Shown in pieces: positions 50,036 through 63,306 of a DNA stretch of 64,000 bases. Below the pieces are notes generated by a model that was not told where the DNA came from, did no database searches, and worked only from the letters and a program-made list of their open reading frames with translations. Position numbers and translations under genes: made by a program. Source of the DNA: Phoronis australis (Eukaryota > Animalia > Phoronida); the NCBI GenBank assembly GCA_002633005.1, contig NMRA01000630.1, positions 124,001 to 188,000 of the forward strand, given 5' to 3'. Each line of letters opens with the position of its first letter. Positions within the stretch are counted from its first letter, which is position 1.

Positions 50036-53000
50036 AAGAAAACAAAATCACAGTCGCATAATATGAAGGACTTTGTTAAGCGCCAAAGGACCCTCTAAAG
50101 AAGAACCCATGCTACTTTCGTTAATTTAACTTAGTAAACATGTAAAGTGATGAAATATTTTGTGCGTAAAAATGGGTCCGGAAGTTCGTCACCTGTCTTG
50201 ATCTCGAGGGCGAGCCCTAGAATATTTTTACAGTTTCACAATGTTCTTTGGTGACAAAGTATAAAATGGATGCGCTTTGACAGTTTAACGCTTGGTAACG
50301 CCTGGTCTGCGATCTTCAGAAGATCAGCAAAATGGCAGCGAAACTTGGATATCTGTGATAATATTTAAAAGTTAAAATTTGGCAGTGTTTGTTTATTGGC
50401 AACAGGCAAGTGTTTATGATCTGAAAAAATTATTGCTTATTTATTAATTTATTCCTTTATTTATTTATTTATTTACTCACTCATTTATCTGTGAAATATT
50501 TATTCTATTTACTGTGATTTATTTGGGTGGGAAAGGTTTCATTTTTGAAATTATTTGACTTAAAATTATTTGTTATTATAATAAATTGTTTTAGATGCAA
50601 ATGTTCAAGTTGTTAGTCTGGTGTTCTGTTCTCACAAGTTTGATTACACCTCATCGTTAAACATTTCATGACTGGTTTGTATAGCTGAAGTCATCGTATC
50701 ACTACATCATACAAATTCACCACATGCTCATCGTACGAATTTCCAAATTTGACTTGAGCTGCTTTTGTGCATGGTCATGCCGAATGGTTACAAAGACACT
50801 CGCAAAACATCTTGACCACACGAGTAAAAGGAGAATGTTTTTCGAGTACGCTCGCGATATTATTCGCTCACAATAGCAAACTGGCGGTCACAGGTGATTG
50901 GTCGACCAGAATGTAATGTGGAATTATGGGATTGGACTAATTGTTTAGGCCTCCCACTAAGGAAGAGTTCTCATTGCATGTGTTTAGCGAGTGCTTTGCA
51001 TTTACGGAACGCGATCTCAAGCTCGCCAGAAACCTTGTCTTCCATCGACTACTTGGTAAGCAGAGTTTTAGGCCTGCAAACCGCAGGGCCCCATTTTTCA
51101 CCTCGAAGATCTTAGTCCGATCGTGGCTAATAAGGCAGTCGTAACTTTAAAATTACACACAGAAGTTCATACCTGTCCCTAAAGAACGGTCGTAAGGTCT
51201 TAATATAAAAATCAACGTGGCGGTGTCAATCATTGCAATTAGGTGTATGGCTCTGATAAAAAATCAGTGTCGCGTTTGCAACAGCTACAGCCAAGAGCAC
51301 AACTTTTTGTAATATTGTTGGCCACATGGGTGAACGTTACCTATCAGCTCGTAAACTACATGCGTAAGTAATTATTTTGCCGCGTAAAGTAACTTTTATC
51401 GGCGTAAAGTGGTTATTTACGCACGTAAAGTAATTAACTTTAATTTATATTTTAAACCACTTGATCAGTCATGAAACCGGTCTGTAATTGTTTCTCAGTC
51501 AAACTGGAGGTCATTTCAAGACATTATTTCGTAATTGGAGACGAGGTTTTACAGGTTGGGTTGTCACTAGATGCCAGCGTAGATTGATGCCAGTGTGCGC
51601 CGATAATACACAACCGTCAGTCCATTGCAACGAGATGCAGAACTCAGTTACCCGACGGAACTTTGCGATAAGTGGCCTAAATTGAAAGTTCTTCTCTTGG
51701 ATGAACGCGGTTTGAAGCGCTTGTAACGTTTTGTGTCTTAGAATTCCTTAACATCACCTTGAAAATCACTGCACATACACCTATGTGATGCATAACAGTA
51801 AACTGTTGACACTTTCTAATGATCTGAGCAAACTTCAGCCACGTTTATCACCCAACAGATGGTGTTGAGGACAGCTGTTGCCACTCGTACACGTGGATAT
51901 GTGTAGTCTATGCGTAGTCTTAGTTGGCAAAGACACGTTGCGCGTCTACGGTGAAGTCGAGCACGTTGGCATTTTGAGTCTCCCAATTGAGGGTATACAA
52001 TATTCCTTTGGTTTCAACTGAAATATCGCGTTCAGTGTCACGTTATGTAGTGTCGAACTAACGCCTCACACTCGTGAGGGAGAGATCTTTAAATCACATG
52101 TAGAGCTAAGTGGTTGGTCTACGAGGTTTGCTCCTTGGAGGTCACAGTATAATGACACAGAGACCCTTTTTGTCATCATTTAGTAACGGGTGCGAAAGGT
52201 GTGGGATGTGATAAAACTCACGGATAAGTCACAGAAAACGCTCTTCATATTAGTTTATTTTGTCATTGTGTAAGGAGGCATGGAACTAGTAATAATACTT
52301 GTACATTTTTTAAACAGATCGTGGCGAATCTACTTCTTGGGTATGCTAGAATGTGAGTTAATTACTAATTGAATATTTCAAGAATATCTAGAAAAATATC
52401 AGATTTACTATTTTTGAAATCCAGAAGGAATAACAACTTATTCATCCCAATACAGTTTTCAAATTCTTCACCCCTAATAATACATTATGCGTGCATGCGC
52501 TCAAAGAAGTCGGAATTCCGGCTAGCAGCTAGCCATTGTTTTGTTTACATCAAAGGTAAAAAGTCACATTTTCCGTATAAAGGAAATGTGCTTCGACTTT
52601 GTCTTGCCATACCAAATATGGAGTGGTGTTTTGTCGTTTGAGAGAAAAATCGATGAAGTGACGAGCAATTGACAGCTCGTGTTTGAAATTTGAAACTAAA
52701 GGAAATTTTTTTTGACATCAACAGAAATTCAAATTCTTTACAAACTGTGAAAATTCCCGGTGAACAGTTTGACATCTCTTTCAGTGACAGAAAACTGCAA
52801 TTTAGTCTGTTTTTACTTCCAAATCATTTTAACGTTACAACTTTGATAATTATATTGAAGGTATACTTCTCAATGTTTTCAATGTTAAACGGGACATTTC
52901 TTTCGGTCCACGAATAATTTCTTGTGTTTTTTCAAACTGTGGGAACTGTTCAATATTTTCAGTATATTTTCAACTGTTTCAACTGGGTTTACTTTCAATC

Positions 53001-54075
53001 TACATAGAAGTACACTAGTAGTGCCGCAGACTGTAGTTCTGGTTCACCCTGGATGGCCGCATGATTCGACCTGATGTTCTACTTTTCGCATTTATCCCCA
53101 TAAACCCACCTTCTCGTATTTAGGGGGACTATTAATGTCTCCGGGAATAGTCTGCTCGAATCAAAATGCGGTGACCGAGGGGAGGGGGGTTGGAAATATG
53201 TGACGGCCGGAAGCAATTTAAATTACTAAGTTATGTCTTCATTTCTTTGTATTACTTTCTATTATAAATGTTCTGCTGTAAGAGCAATACGTTCTTGTGC
53301 GGGAAAATGGTTTTCTTATTTTTTCATGGGATTTTGAAAATTGTGACGCAAGCTAGTTGCTACAGAACAAGACTCGTGGCCGTTATGAATTTAGAAAAAT
53401 TCTCTGCATAATACTTTTATTTGAACCAGGCAAGTTTCTGTACCCGTCTCTCAGCTTGTTCAACTACGTATCTAGATGGAGCGTGTCCAAATATTTGTTT
53501 GCAACTGCAATCATAATTAAATAAAGTATGCATTAAATTAGCCTGAATGAGCAGTTAACATGCTAAAATTAGTAATGCGGAATGAAAACGTTTTCACCGG
53601 TGTTGAGCCTCATATCTTCGCAAGCAAAGGCAACATATGCCATGTAATCGATTGGCCGCAAAATGTGAAAGCGTGGCATGAAAATTGAATAAAAGCCGCT
53701 CTCATCCAAAACCCATTTTATACACATCAAAAGACGATAAATTGTATACCACAGAACAGGAATCGATCATTTTAAAGGTGAGCTCATATCAGATAATCTC
53801 ATTGTTCAGTTGGAGACTGACAAAAAGAATATTTTGTTGGATGCATGCATTGTATGATGCAGACATATTTACGAAAGTTTCTTTGAATATTTCAAAAATA
53901 CATTAATCGTTGCATAAACGCTCTGAAACACAACGCCGGCTGTAACTTTTGTACGATTCGTCTAACACACAAAAGGATAATCCTGTCGATTGCAGTGCCG
54001 TCAAAAACAGCATGTGTGATGCTGAAAGGCAACGGTTTAATACACGAAAACTTTACTGTTGATTTTCAGTACACT

Positions 54076-57000
54076 ATGACAAATATCTACACGTGGTTGG
54101 GATTTACTGCGTTGTTCTCCATAGTTCACGCTGGTAACTACACTGTGACGGACGAAGCATGGTTTGAATTCGAGGTCAAGGATATAGATGGACCAGGTAC
54201 AACTTTGTAATGCACGTGAAAGAAAATTCAAATTTTTTTGACAATTTTCTTTTATTCGAATTTTATGAGTCTAAGACTCTTGTTATTTAATTAGTAAAAT
54301 TCATTCAATTCGCGTGTACAGTTTAGTCTAGTAGAAGTTATGCCTATAACTTCAATTTATCAAAAACCAATCTCAGTAAATTGCATTCTTTCAATCTTTC
54401 GACAAACATCATTTTTATGTTTTTGCCATTTAACATTTGGTAATAATTTTTATGGTCGGTAACTCATTTTTACATCTTTCAAGTAACATTTACTCCCTCG
54501 TCTATTTTTCCAAGTTTTACTTGCAACAAATTTTTTATCGTATGCATGGGCGGCGCAGCGCTGAAAAAGATGGGGCTATAGTTCCCAGGCCCCCTGTGGC
54601 GCACCGCCCATAGACCATGGTCTATGGGTGGTGTAGCACTGAAAAATAGTGGGGGCCTATAGCCCCCATCCCCCTATTGTGCGCCGTCCATGTTATGTTT
54701 TCAACTTCCTCGTCAAAAACTTCATCAGCTGAATTGACCTCGAGACTTGCATTTATCCTAGACCAAGACTACAGCGGGCGCATAACTATCGCGCTGTTCG
54801 GTGACACCGCCCCCATGACAGTCCTCAATTTCAAGTCAATCGTGAAAGGCTACAAAAAGGGAGATGTGAGTACACGTGTCTTAAGTTTATTTAAAATTAT
54901 TTTGTGAATACGAGGGTTGTCTCTTTACTTTTCTGTAAGTTAACGCCAGGTTCTTTTAAAGGTTACACTAATGCAGGTGATTGACAGATCTATGTATATA
55001 ACCAAATATATAAATTACTTCATATTTTACGTAAGTAAAAGTACACGTTTTCTGAAATTAGAAAGCCGGTAGATTTTTGTTTTTGACTTTTCATTTTTAG
55101 TAAACTATTGCTAACAGAGTGGCCGTGTCTTTTTAATAAAATGTAGCGCATACGAAAGGCGCAAGTTCACCAACAACATGATCAAACTTTTTTTCGATAT
55201 TTATGTTCTCGAAAACTCTGTAACGTTTTTCTGAAATATCGTTTGGTTTTTGTTTTTTGCAACTAGGTTTTTTCATGTAAAACATGGAAGTCTTACTTTT
55301 TCGATTCGATAGCCTACTCATGTAAAAGTAGAACATTTTCAAAACAATTTCTAACAACATTTTTGATTACAGTGCATCATATCGGAACCTTTCATATGAA
55401 TCCAACCAGTCGTTTATGAGATACAATTTTTCAAAGTTTGACTAATTTGGACAATTAAGGTCCTACATAACCATTTAAAAAGAAACAAATACAATTTTCA
55501 ACTTAAGTAAAAATATAAATGTAAAAAGCAAACACTCAAAAACGCAAAACACCAAATGAGCAATACAGATTCTGAAGCAGACTGAAAAATAAAACTTTTA
55601 CGAATGTGGCTCTTTCAGGTTATCATAATAATATAAATAAAATTCATAAATCTCTTTGAAGTCCTAAAACGTTCATTTGTTAAATAACCACCGTCATTGA
55701 CACTACATTTTGACACCAGTATCATTTTCTAGTACCTTTATTGTGTTTGTCAAAGTTAAGGAAAAATACATCAAATTATTCAATTTCTTCAATTTCATAT
55801 TAAATGTCCTTTAATTTAACGTCCGCGTCAGGGTGTACATTGCTACTATCATGGATATTTTTACGACATGTAATTATATAAAAAGTGCACGGCAACATGC
55901 GACGTGGGAGCAATAACGAGGATTTCATTTAAAACAAAACATTCAACGTGGCAGTAACCTTTTCAAACACTTGTTGGCAACGAAACGCGTTCAACGTGGT
56001 TAAATCGATAATCGTCCCATCTGGCGGTATGTAATCGATTGAAACAGATTAAATAGTTTGGCTTGGATTAACATAATCGGACTGTGTTCGTGAGATCACG
56101 TGTGTCTGCCACGTCGGCAGAATATGCCGCTTGCGCACTTTACGCAAGCAATAGTCAACTTACAGAGAATGTGGGAGTGAAGAGACATTGAGTACCGATA
56201 CTGACAGCTGTCACACTCCACGTGTTTTATCAACTATAAATTCATATTCTTGTCAAGATGCTTTTGTCACCTTTCTAGGCTCCTCATGCCAAGAATTTTA
56301 CGATGAAACTTAGGTTACCTCAAAATCTAGCTCTGCCCGATGATTTGATAATTGACCTAATTATAATGCACACCCAGCAGAATTAATGAGGAACATATTA
56401 TTGCAACATCAAACAAATGTTTTAGGATGTAAAAGTCACATTTCTTGTCCAGTTTTCAAAAGTCAAAAACATATTCACGTGTTTTTCACGAACTTTTCAA
56501 ATACGACATTTAAAAACTTTCAAAAAGAAAATTTAAAAATAGTATTGTCGGCCCCAATGTGTTTATGGTGGGTCTCGTTATCTAGAGAACAATACCATCC
56601 GCAGCAAGAGAGTTTAATTAACCACCAGAGCATATTGTCTTTGATCTCAGCCGGCAGATGCTGTAGTGCACAAACCGTTCGAGTTGCCCAAACTGGACCG
56701 GTTAGGGAGTCAACGTCCCAAGATTTTTTAATAGACTCCCCTGAGTCTGTAAACATTTAATAGACTCCACTGAGTCTGTAAACATTTAATAGACTCCACT
56801 GAGTCTGTAAACATTTAATAGACTCCACTGAGTCTGTAAACATTTAATAGACTCCACTGAGTCTGTAAACATTTAATAGACTCCATTGAGTCTGTAAACA
56901 TTTAATAGACTCCACTGAGTCTGTAAACATTTAATAGACTCCACTGAGTCTGTAAACATTTAAGCTTATTACCGAGTTTGAACGTCATGCAGAGTGTTAC

Positions 57001-59548
57001 ACAGTGGTCACTTTATGCAAATAGAAATTGAGTAACCGTGGTTTTTAAACGAATGTCGACTATTTTCATCATTTTTCTTTTTACTAAGTAAAATTGGCGC
57101 CTATTGGAAGCTATGTATCTAGTTGTCTGCAAACAGAAATACCCGTGACGTCACTATTCTAGGCAACGGCGGTAAACTGATGAACAAAATTTTCGATTGT
57201 ACTTACGTGAAAATCTGGAGTATCGAAGCCTCGGAAAATAATTACTGTTGTAAACTGACGTCAGAAAAATTTCAGACAAGGTGGTACTGTAGTTAACAAA
57301 AAAATTAATATCATAGACAAGACGTGCTTTGTACGACATTGAGATTTTTTTTGCCCGTGGAATCGACGTTTTGTCAACATACACCATGACCTATCAGCTA
57401 CAGTTCCAACAGTTTTCTAAAATATAAGAACGCAATGACGTAATAGGGACGGAAAGTGACTACAGTATGGCGGTAGCTTATTCGCATATTTGTTTAAACT
57501 CGCAAAAGTCAACAAAAACTGTTTTTAATACCCGACACTTATGCCACAATTAACATCTGTGAAGCGAGGAGATTATTGTAACATATTGACCACGTTTTTG
57601 TTTTTGAAAGCAGAGATTAACTGGTGATTATCCAGTTGCAACTTTTGATCCAATAGCATATAGGGATATGGCAGATTCTCATTGGTTTATTAACCCAGTC
57701 AATTCGATGACGTCACACTTTCCGTCCCTGTTCCTTTTTGATTAAGAAAGTTGTTTGTGACACGAGGCCTTGATTTATAGTTGCTTAATTTGTCTCACTG
57801 GGATTCGCTCTATTTGCAGGAAGTTTTACACTACAAAAACACTACAGTTCACCGTATTGTGAAGGACTTTGTGATTCAGATGGGTGACGTCACAACAGGA
57901 GACGGGACAGGAGGTAAGTGGTATTGAACATACCGTTTGTCACAGCACCACGTGTGAAGGCCTTAGCACTGGGAAACAGTGTATACTGAGCATCAATATA
58001 TATCACCGTGTGTGAAAAAACAGCAGTTGGGACCCCAGTTTTGAAGCCGCGTTGAGCGCCACATTTTGTTTATTCTTGCTTATATAGGATGCCCCTATAC
58101 CTTAAAATCGTCCGGTCGTCGCCCCCTCGCAACGCTCATTTGAACTGAACAACTCAGTGAAATCAACTTCCAAGAAATACTTATCGAATGTTGCTCCTTG
58201 CAAAAATGGGGAACCTATATCGATATAGTATTTTTCCAAAATCAGATTGTCTACTGGGTGCACCCGCTACCAGCTGGGAATATGACTGAGTACAAAGGCC
58301 AACTTAAATATGTGGGTAATACCCACTCTCGTGGGTCGGCGAAAAGTCCTGTGTGAAGTTGTACCGACGCCGACGGGTACATCTTCGCATAAGACTTTTT
58401 GACACAAGTAATGTTATAACAGGTATGCAAAGTTTGTGAACCCGCCTTCCATAACACAACATCAGTGACTTGTAGTCGTGCATCGGGAAAGCTTGGCCCT
58501 GCCTTCATATATTGCTCTCGAGATTATAGAAACCCCATTCACCTGAGTAAGGAACACATTTAAATCAATTTTACAGAATTAAGATGTCTAAATAAAACTA
58601 TCTTGTTCAACAGAACCCGGATGATATAGCCTCTTAAAAAATCTCTCTAAAACAAAATTATTTGTGACTGTATCGGACGCCGGCACATGTAGCCTACTAC
58701 ACTCATGTGTAGGCTATTAAGGAATTGTTGAAAAGGAAAATTAAATTCAAAAGTGTCACAATGAGCCGAAAGGATCAGTTTGGTTTGTTTGGTTCAATTC
58801 CAAACCAATTTCAAAGATGAGAAACATTTTCACGCATCAAATCTTATTGAGCGATTCGTGTTTCAAGTTTGATGCCAATACAACTTTGATCGCTTCTTTT
58901 TATCTCCAACAGGTAAGAGCATCTACGGTAAACATTTCGACGACGAGGCATTTATCCTGAGCCATCTTCAGAAAGGCTGGGTTGCCATGGCAAACCATGG
59001 TAACAACACAAACGGATCTCAATTTTTTATCCTGTTGTCCAGGGCCAGATGGCTGGACGGTCACCATGTTGTCTTTGGAAAAGTCATCAAGGGTTTCGTA
59101 AGTACAATTTCGCAATTCTTGAAGATTTTAATCTGCATCCTGTCCCTTCACAAAATTGAATTGAAGCCGTTTAAAGTTGACACATAATGTACGCTAAAGC
59201 CGATCCCTTTCTTCGGAACTCAAATGATGCTACCAAATTTAGTCTTAGAACTGCTGAACCATGCTGACGCATTATTTCTGAACTGAAACTAGTCAGCCGG
59301 ATCACATTTCCAAATTAGTCAAAATGTTTTTATCAAACAGTCCACATTTGGAACAGCACACAAAATCAAGTAGAATATTTTCACTCCATTCACAGGACAC
59401 GCTGACCCTCCTTGGTGAGCTAGACTCGGACAGGACTACAGCTCAACCAAAGCTGAAGGTCACTATTACCAACTGTGGCGTCAACGACCTGAGTCAGAAG
59501 TACGACCTCTTACCTTACCAGCTAGAGATGACCGAAGATATAGATTAA
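54076..59548 (+). CDS. Cyclophilin-type peptidyl-prolyl cis-trans isomerase with signal peptide (PPIB/PPIC-like, 218 aa)
   Basis: Exons 54076-54196, 54762-54865, 57820-57913, 58913-59097 and 59396-59548 (657 nt) have consistent phases. Hydrophobic N-terminus [19 protein letters not shown]; [19 protein letters not shown]; [24 protein letters not shown]; [15 protein letters not shown]; [12 protein letters not shown]. Confidence 0.95.
54545..54692. mobile_element. Dimeric short MITE in cyclophilin intron 1
   Basis: TIR CATGGGCGGCGCA / TGCGCCGTCCATG. Two tandem units are joined by the palindrome CCCATAGACCATGGTCTATGGG. Flanks GTATG/TTATG form a 4/5 TSD match. Confidence 0.7.
56727..56963. repeat. 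Minisatellite, 29-bp unit x8, each with an internal hairpin
   Basis: TTTAATAGACTCCACTGAGTCTGTAAACA, containing an AGACTC-N4-GAGTCT stem. No spacers. Confidence 0.95.
57444..57731. mobile_element. MITE-like element
   Basis: Inverted ends AGGGACGGAAAGTG / CACTTTCCGTCCCT. TSD not resolved. Confidence 0.5.
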
Positions 59549-60740
59549 CCACTTCTCGTGTTTTCCCTATTTCAGGCCAAAAGTAGGAAAAACGTGTGGT
59601 TCTGGTCTATTTTTGAAAATTGATGAGGCACTTTTTATGTGTCTAAATTTTCAAAACGAAAGACGGCCTAAAGACAGCTGAAAATTAATGAGGTTTCAAA
59701 ATTAGTCCAGAACCAAGCATACAGTACTTTTCGGCCTGACGCGTTTGGACGAAATGTCGTTCAATATGCAAGGTCGACCTACGCACCGATTCTTGTTTCG
59801 AATTGCACGTGCCACAAAAAAGTATGGTACAAGGAATTTGACATTTTTGCATAGAACAGTCGCAGTGGCCAAAGTAACTACATTTTGTACTTGGATAATA
59901 AAACTATCCATTATAATGGTGTCGGTATTTTGCAGTAATTTTCACAATCTAGTACTTTTTTCGAGCACAGAAAACTCAAGTTACACTGACGAGTTGATAG
60001 ATCAATGAGCACTACATAGTCACAACGGAATGGGGAAAACGAAAGGGTTAGTACAGTAACTTATAGAGATTCAGTAGTTTGTCTTGTGTTGTAAAATGTT
60101 GAGGATAAGATTATTAAAACAACATCGTGATTTTTAATGCATTTGTTTATTAAAATACTTTTCAATAAAATCTAATAACAGCATTGTTGTAACAATTAAA
60201 ATCAATAATATAAAATACAAAGCATGTGAATGAAATGCAACCATTCGAAAACATTTAAGTCACAATTTTTTGACATTCTGCCAACACAATTAGTACAGAA
60301 CTACATCACAATCTTAGTAAATCACTTTTCCGATTCACACCACATGATAGAGTTCATTCACAAGAGCCACCTTCCAGAACGTTGACATATGCCAACGTGG
60401 TGCATCACACTGAAATAGCAAATATTAAGGGACGATTATTTTCATATATGTCCACAATAGGGAGTACCATGGATAATCCTAAAATTTGCCTCAATGGCAC
60501 GGAGCCATCCGAACATTGAAGAGTGGAATAAAATCATTAATAAAAGCATATTAACTTCCCAATTTTTAATTATTAACAAATTATCATTGCCACTAAAGGG
60601 AAAAGCACAAGTCTAACATCTGCTAACTTTCAGAAGTGTTTTCTCAGAAACTCAAAAATCAAAATTGCCAATTGGGGGTGCAACAATACAGACATTTGTC
60701 AGACAACTAACAAATGAGGATGACTCTGCAAACCCAGACT

Positions 60741-60930
60741 CACCAAGATCTCTCACTGGACTTTATAAACAGACAGACCACCAAGATCTCTCACTGGACT
60801 TTATAGACAGACAGACCACCAAGATCTCTCACTGGACTTTATAAACAGACAGACCACCAAGATCTCTCACTGGACTTTATAAACAGACAGACCACCAAGA
60901 TCTCTCACTGGACTTTATAAACAGACAGAC
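60741..60930. repeat. Minisatellite, 38-bp unit x5
   Basis: CACCAAGATCTCTCACTGGACTTTATAAACAGACAGAC, near-perfect copies. Confidence 0.95.
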
Positions 60931-62405
60931 TTAAAAGTAGATTGCCTCTTGGTGACACAGTATAAATGGGATCAACACAAAAATGGCAAAGTATTGACCA
61001 ATATTGAAACAGAATATAATATTTTATGACGATCCACCAACTGGATGGAGCCTGGAATCTGAGACAGACACAAACTAAAATTACTAAGAAGCACGACACT
61101 AGGGGGCATTGCAGCATTCAGGTCTGTCAGACAAATCAAATGTCAGTCCTATCTTTCTTTACAGTTGTCTTATTCCTCAAGGGGCTTGGCAGATAGAGGA
61201 CAGAGGTAATGGGTACAAAGAACTGCCACTTACGATGACAAACAAGTTGAAACTATTCAAAAAGGGCAAGTGCCATCCGTTTTTTGATCCAAAATTATCT
61301 ACCAAATTTCCAGAAGATATTTTACAGAGCTTCGTCAATATTTCAGCAAAAGTAAATACTTTTTCAAATTTCCACCAGGGACATAGTAATAGCCATATAC
61401 TTCCAAAAATTAAAGATAGCTAAGCTTCCCATTCTCCTGCACCAAAAACATATCTGTCAATATCAGTACGGAACATATACCCAAGAGTGCCCTGGTAAAG
61501 CTCTCCTCAGTAGGAGATTTAAACATGCAAAGCATAACAAACAGTGTGGTGAATATTTGAAAAATATCGAAATGTCATATTCTGTTGAAGAAAATTGCTT
61601 TTAGCCTTCAAGTCATATGAATAGATTTCTGAACTGGATGCGCCTAAGCCAAACTGGTAAATCAAAACAGGTGGTGTGTAGAATACTGATTACCATGCAC
61701 ATAGAGATCTATTTGAAACTCAACATCAGTCTTCATCATATCAGGAACATATCTACCTAATATCACGATGACCAAACATCGTTATTATTGAACCAGGCAC
61801 TAAAAATAGAACTCCCAATAAGGGAATACCAGTTGTTGAAAGTTATCCATCACAAAACCAGCATCACTCAAGCTCTCTTCATTTAGTCAAATTTCAAAAC
61901 TTTCCTTCAAACAACGCCATAGGTAGATGACATCACAAATGGAATAAAATGCTACTATTGTCAGTAGGGGGAGCAGCAATAGGCAAATTTTGCCTGAAGA
62001 CGTGTCCTCATGATATGTTAAGAAAGTGACTGTTGGCATATATTGTGCATAACTGTTGTGATTTTTGTCTGAAGCTATTCATAAATATCTACAAAACAAA
62101 ATGTCCCATTCATTATTTTTATCACTTTTCTAGCCACTGATTAAACAAAAATGGCAGATCTGTAGACTGATTACCTTGGGCGCTTCTTGTCCTCCATTAT
62201 TAGTGATCAAAACTAGACAACATAAGAAGAAATGCCAGCAAACAACAAATTTTTGTCAATGACAATAGATGGCACTATATCATGGTGAATCGGAGTTACA
62301 ATACTAGTCAAACAAACACTAGTCTGTATAACATGAAGTTCTGCACAATTTTTATGCTTGTCTTAATTTAAAAGTTCATCGATCAAACCTTTTCATTGAA
62401 AAAAA

Positions 62406-62635
62406 TTAAACTTCACTATCCTCAAACAGCACCCAATTGAGAGGGACGTCCCTTTCATCCGTTGGCAGAGTCTCACAGATCTGCTCCTTGAAGGCCAGGG
62501 CAATGGTTGCTGGTCTTCTCGACTGTACCTCAGTTAGGCGGGTCAAGTATTTGTCATAGTATCCTTTGCCTCGTCCTAAGCGGTCACCAGAGGGGGTGAA
62601 TGCCAGTCCTGGCATCAGCACCAAATCCAAGCCAC
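62406..62635 (-). CDS. MTHFS: 5-formyltetrahydrofolate cyclo-ligase (methenyltetrahydrofolate synthetase), last coding exon
   Basis: Acceptor ttcag at 62636, then GLDLVLMPGLAFTPSGDRLGRGKGYYDKYL...TIALAFKEQIC..PTDERDV, the signature ATP-binding motif of MTHFS. Upstream exons were not found in the window. Confidence 0.93.
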
Positions 62636-62922
62636 CTGAAAGCATGAATTTCAAATCATCTATATAACTAGCACCTGGGGTCCCATCTTTTTATTTGCAA
62701 TCAAAAATGTTTTTATCACTTTCTATTCTATTTTTGTGCGAGCTCAATATAAGTGTCTATTCTTCTAAGCTCAAAAAGAACTGCCCAATCTTAGTTTACA
62801 CTTAAAGACCCTGGCAATTTAGGCTAAAAGTTAGAGTCTGAACTTGAAATTTCGAGTTTTTACTTGAAATCTCAATGTTCTTGAATCTATGAATCATCAA
62901 GTGGGAACTTGGACTAGAAAGT

Positions 62923-62961
<39 letters not shown>

Positions 62962-63306
62962 CAAATAGATGCTAATCTTGAATAAGCACAAAAGTAGAAC
63001 ACAAAATTCCCAAATAAATTCAAGCTTGATTTCGAGTAAAAAGATCAGACCCCCACCCCAAGTTTTCACTCGTTCATTTCAAGTTAGAAGGATATACTGA
63101 AGTCGTTTTTTAGATTTCAATCATTCCTTGTTCTGCTCCCTGATAAAGCATCAGTGACATCCCATTTGTGCGGTAAAAACAGTATTCAACAAAAACTCAT
63201 ACCCTCTGTGTCACAGATTGGGTATTATGGTTCTTGGTGGGTGGTCTTTCGCTACAGTTGTGTAACTCACCAAGAGTGTAAGTCAAATTGCCTGTTAAGC
63301 AGAATT

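Noticed and set aside
50380-50400. miR-34/449-like sequence (TGGCAGTGTTTGTT) downstream of the cyclin-O-like gene
   Set aside because: Only the 5' 9 nt match, and no complementary star arm is present to form a pre-miRNA hairpin.
56727-56963. CRISPR array (29-bp palindromic repeats)
   Set aside because: The units are directly adjacent with no unique spacers, there are no cas genes, and the context is a eukaryotic intron.
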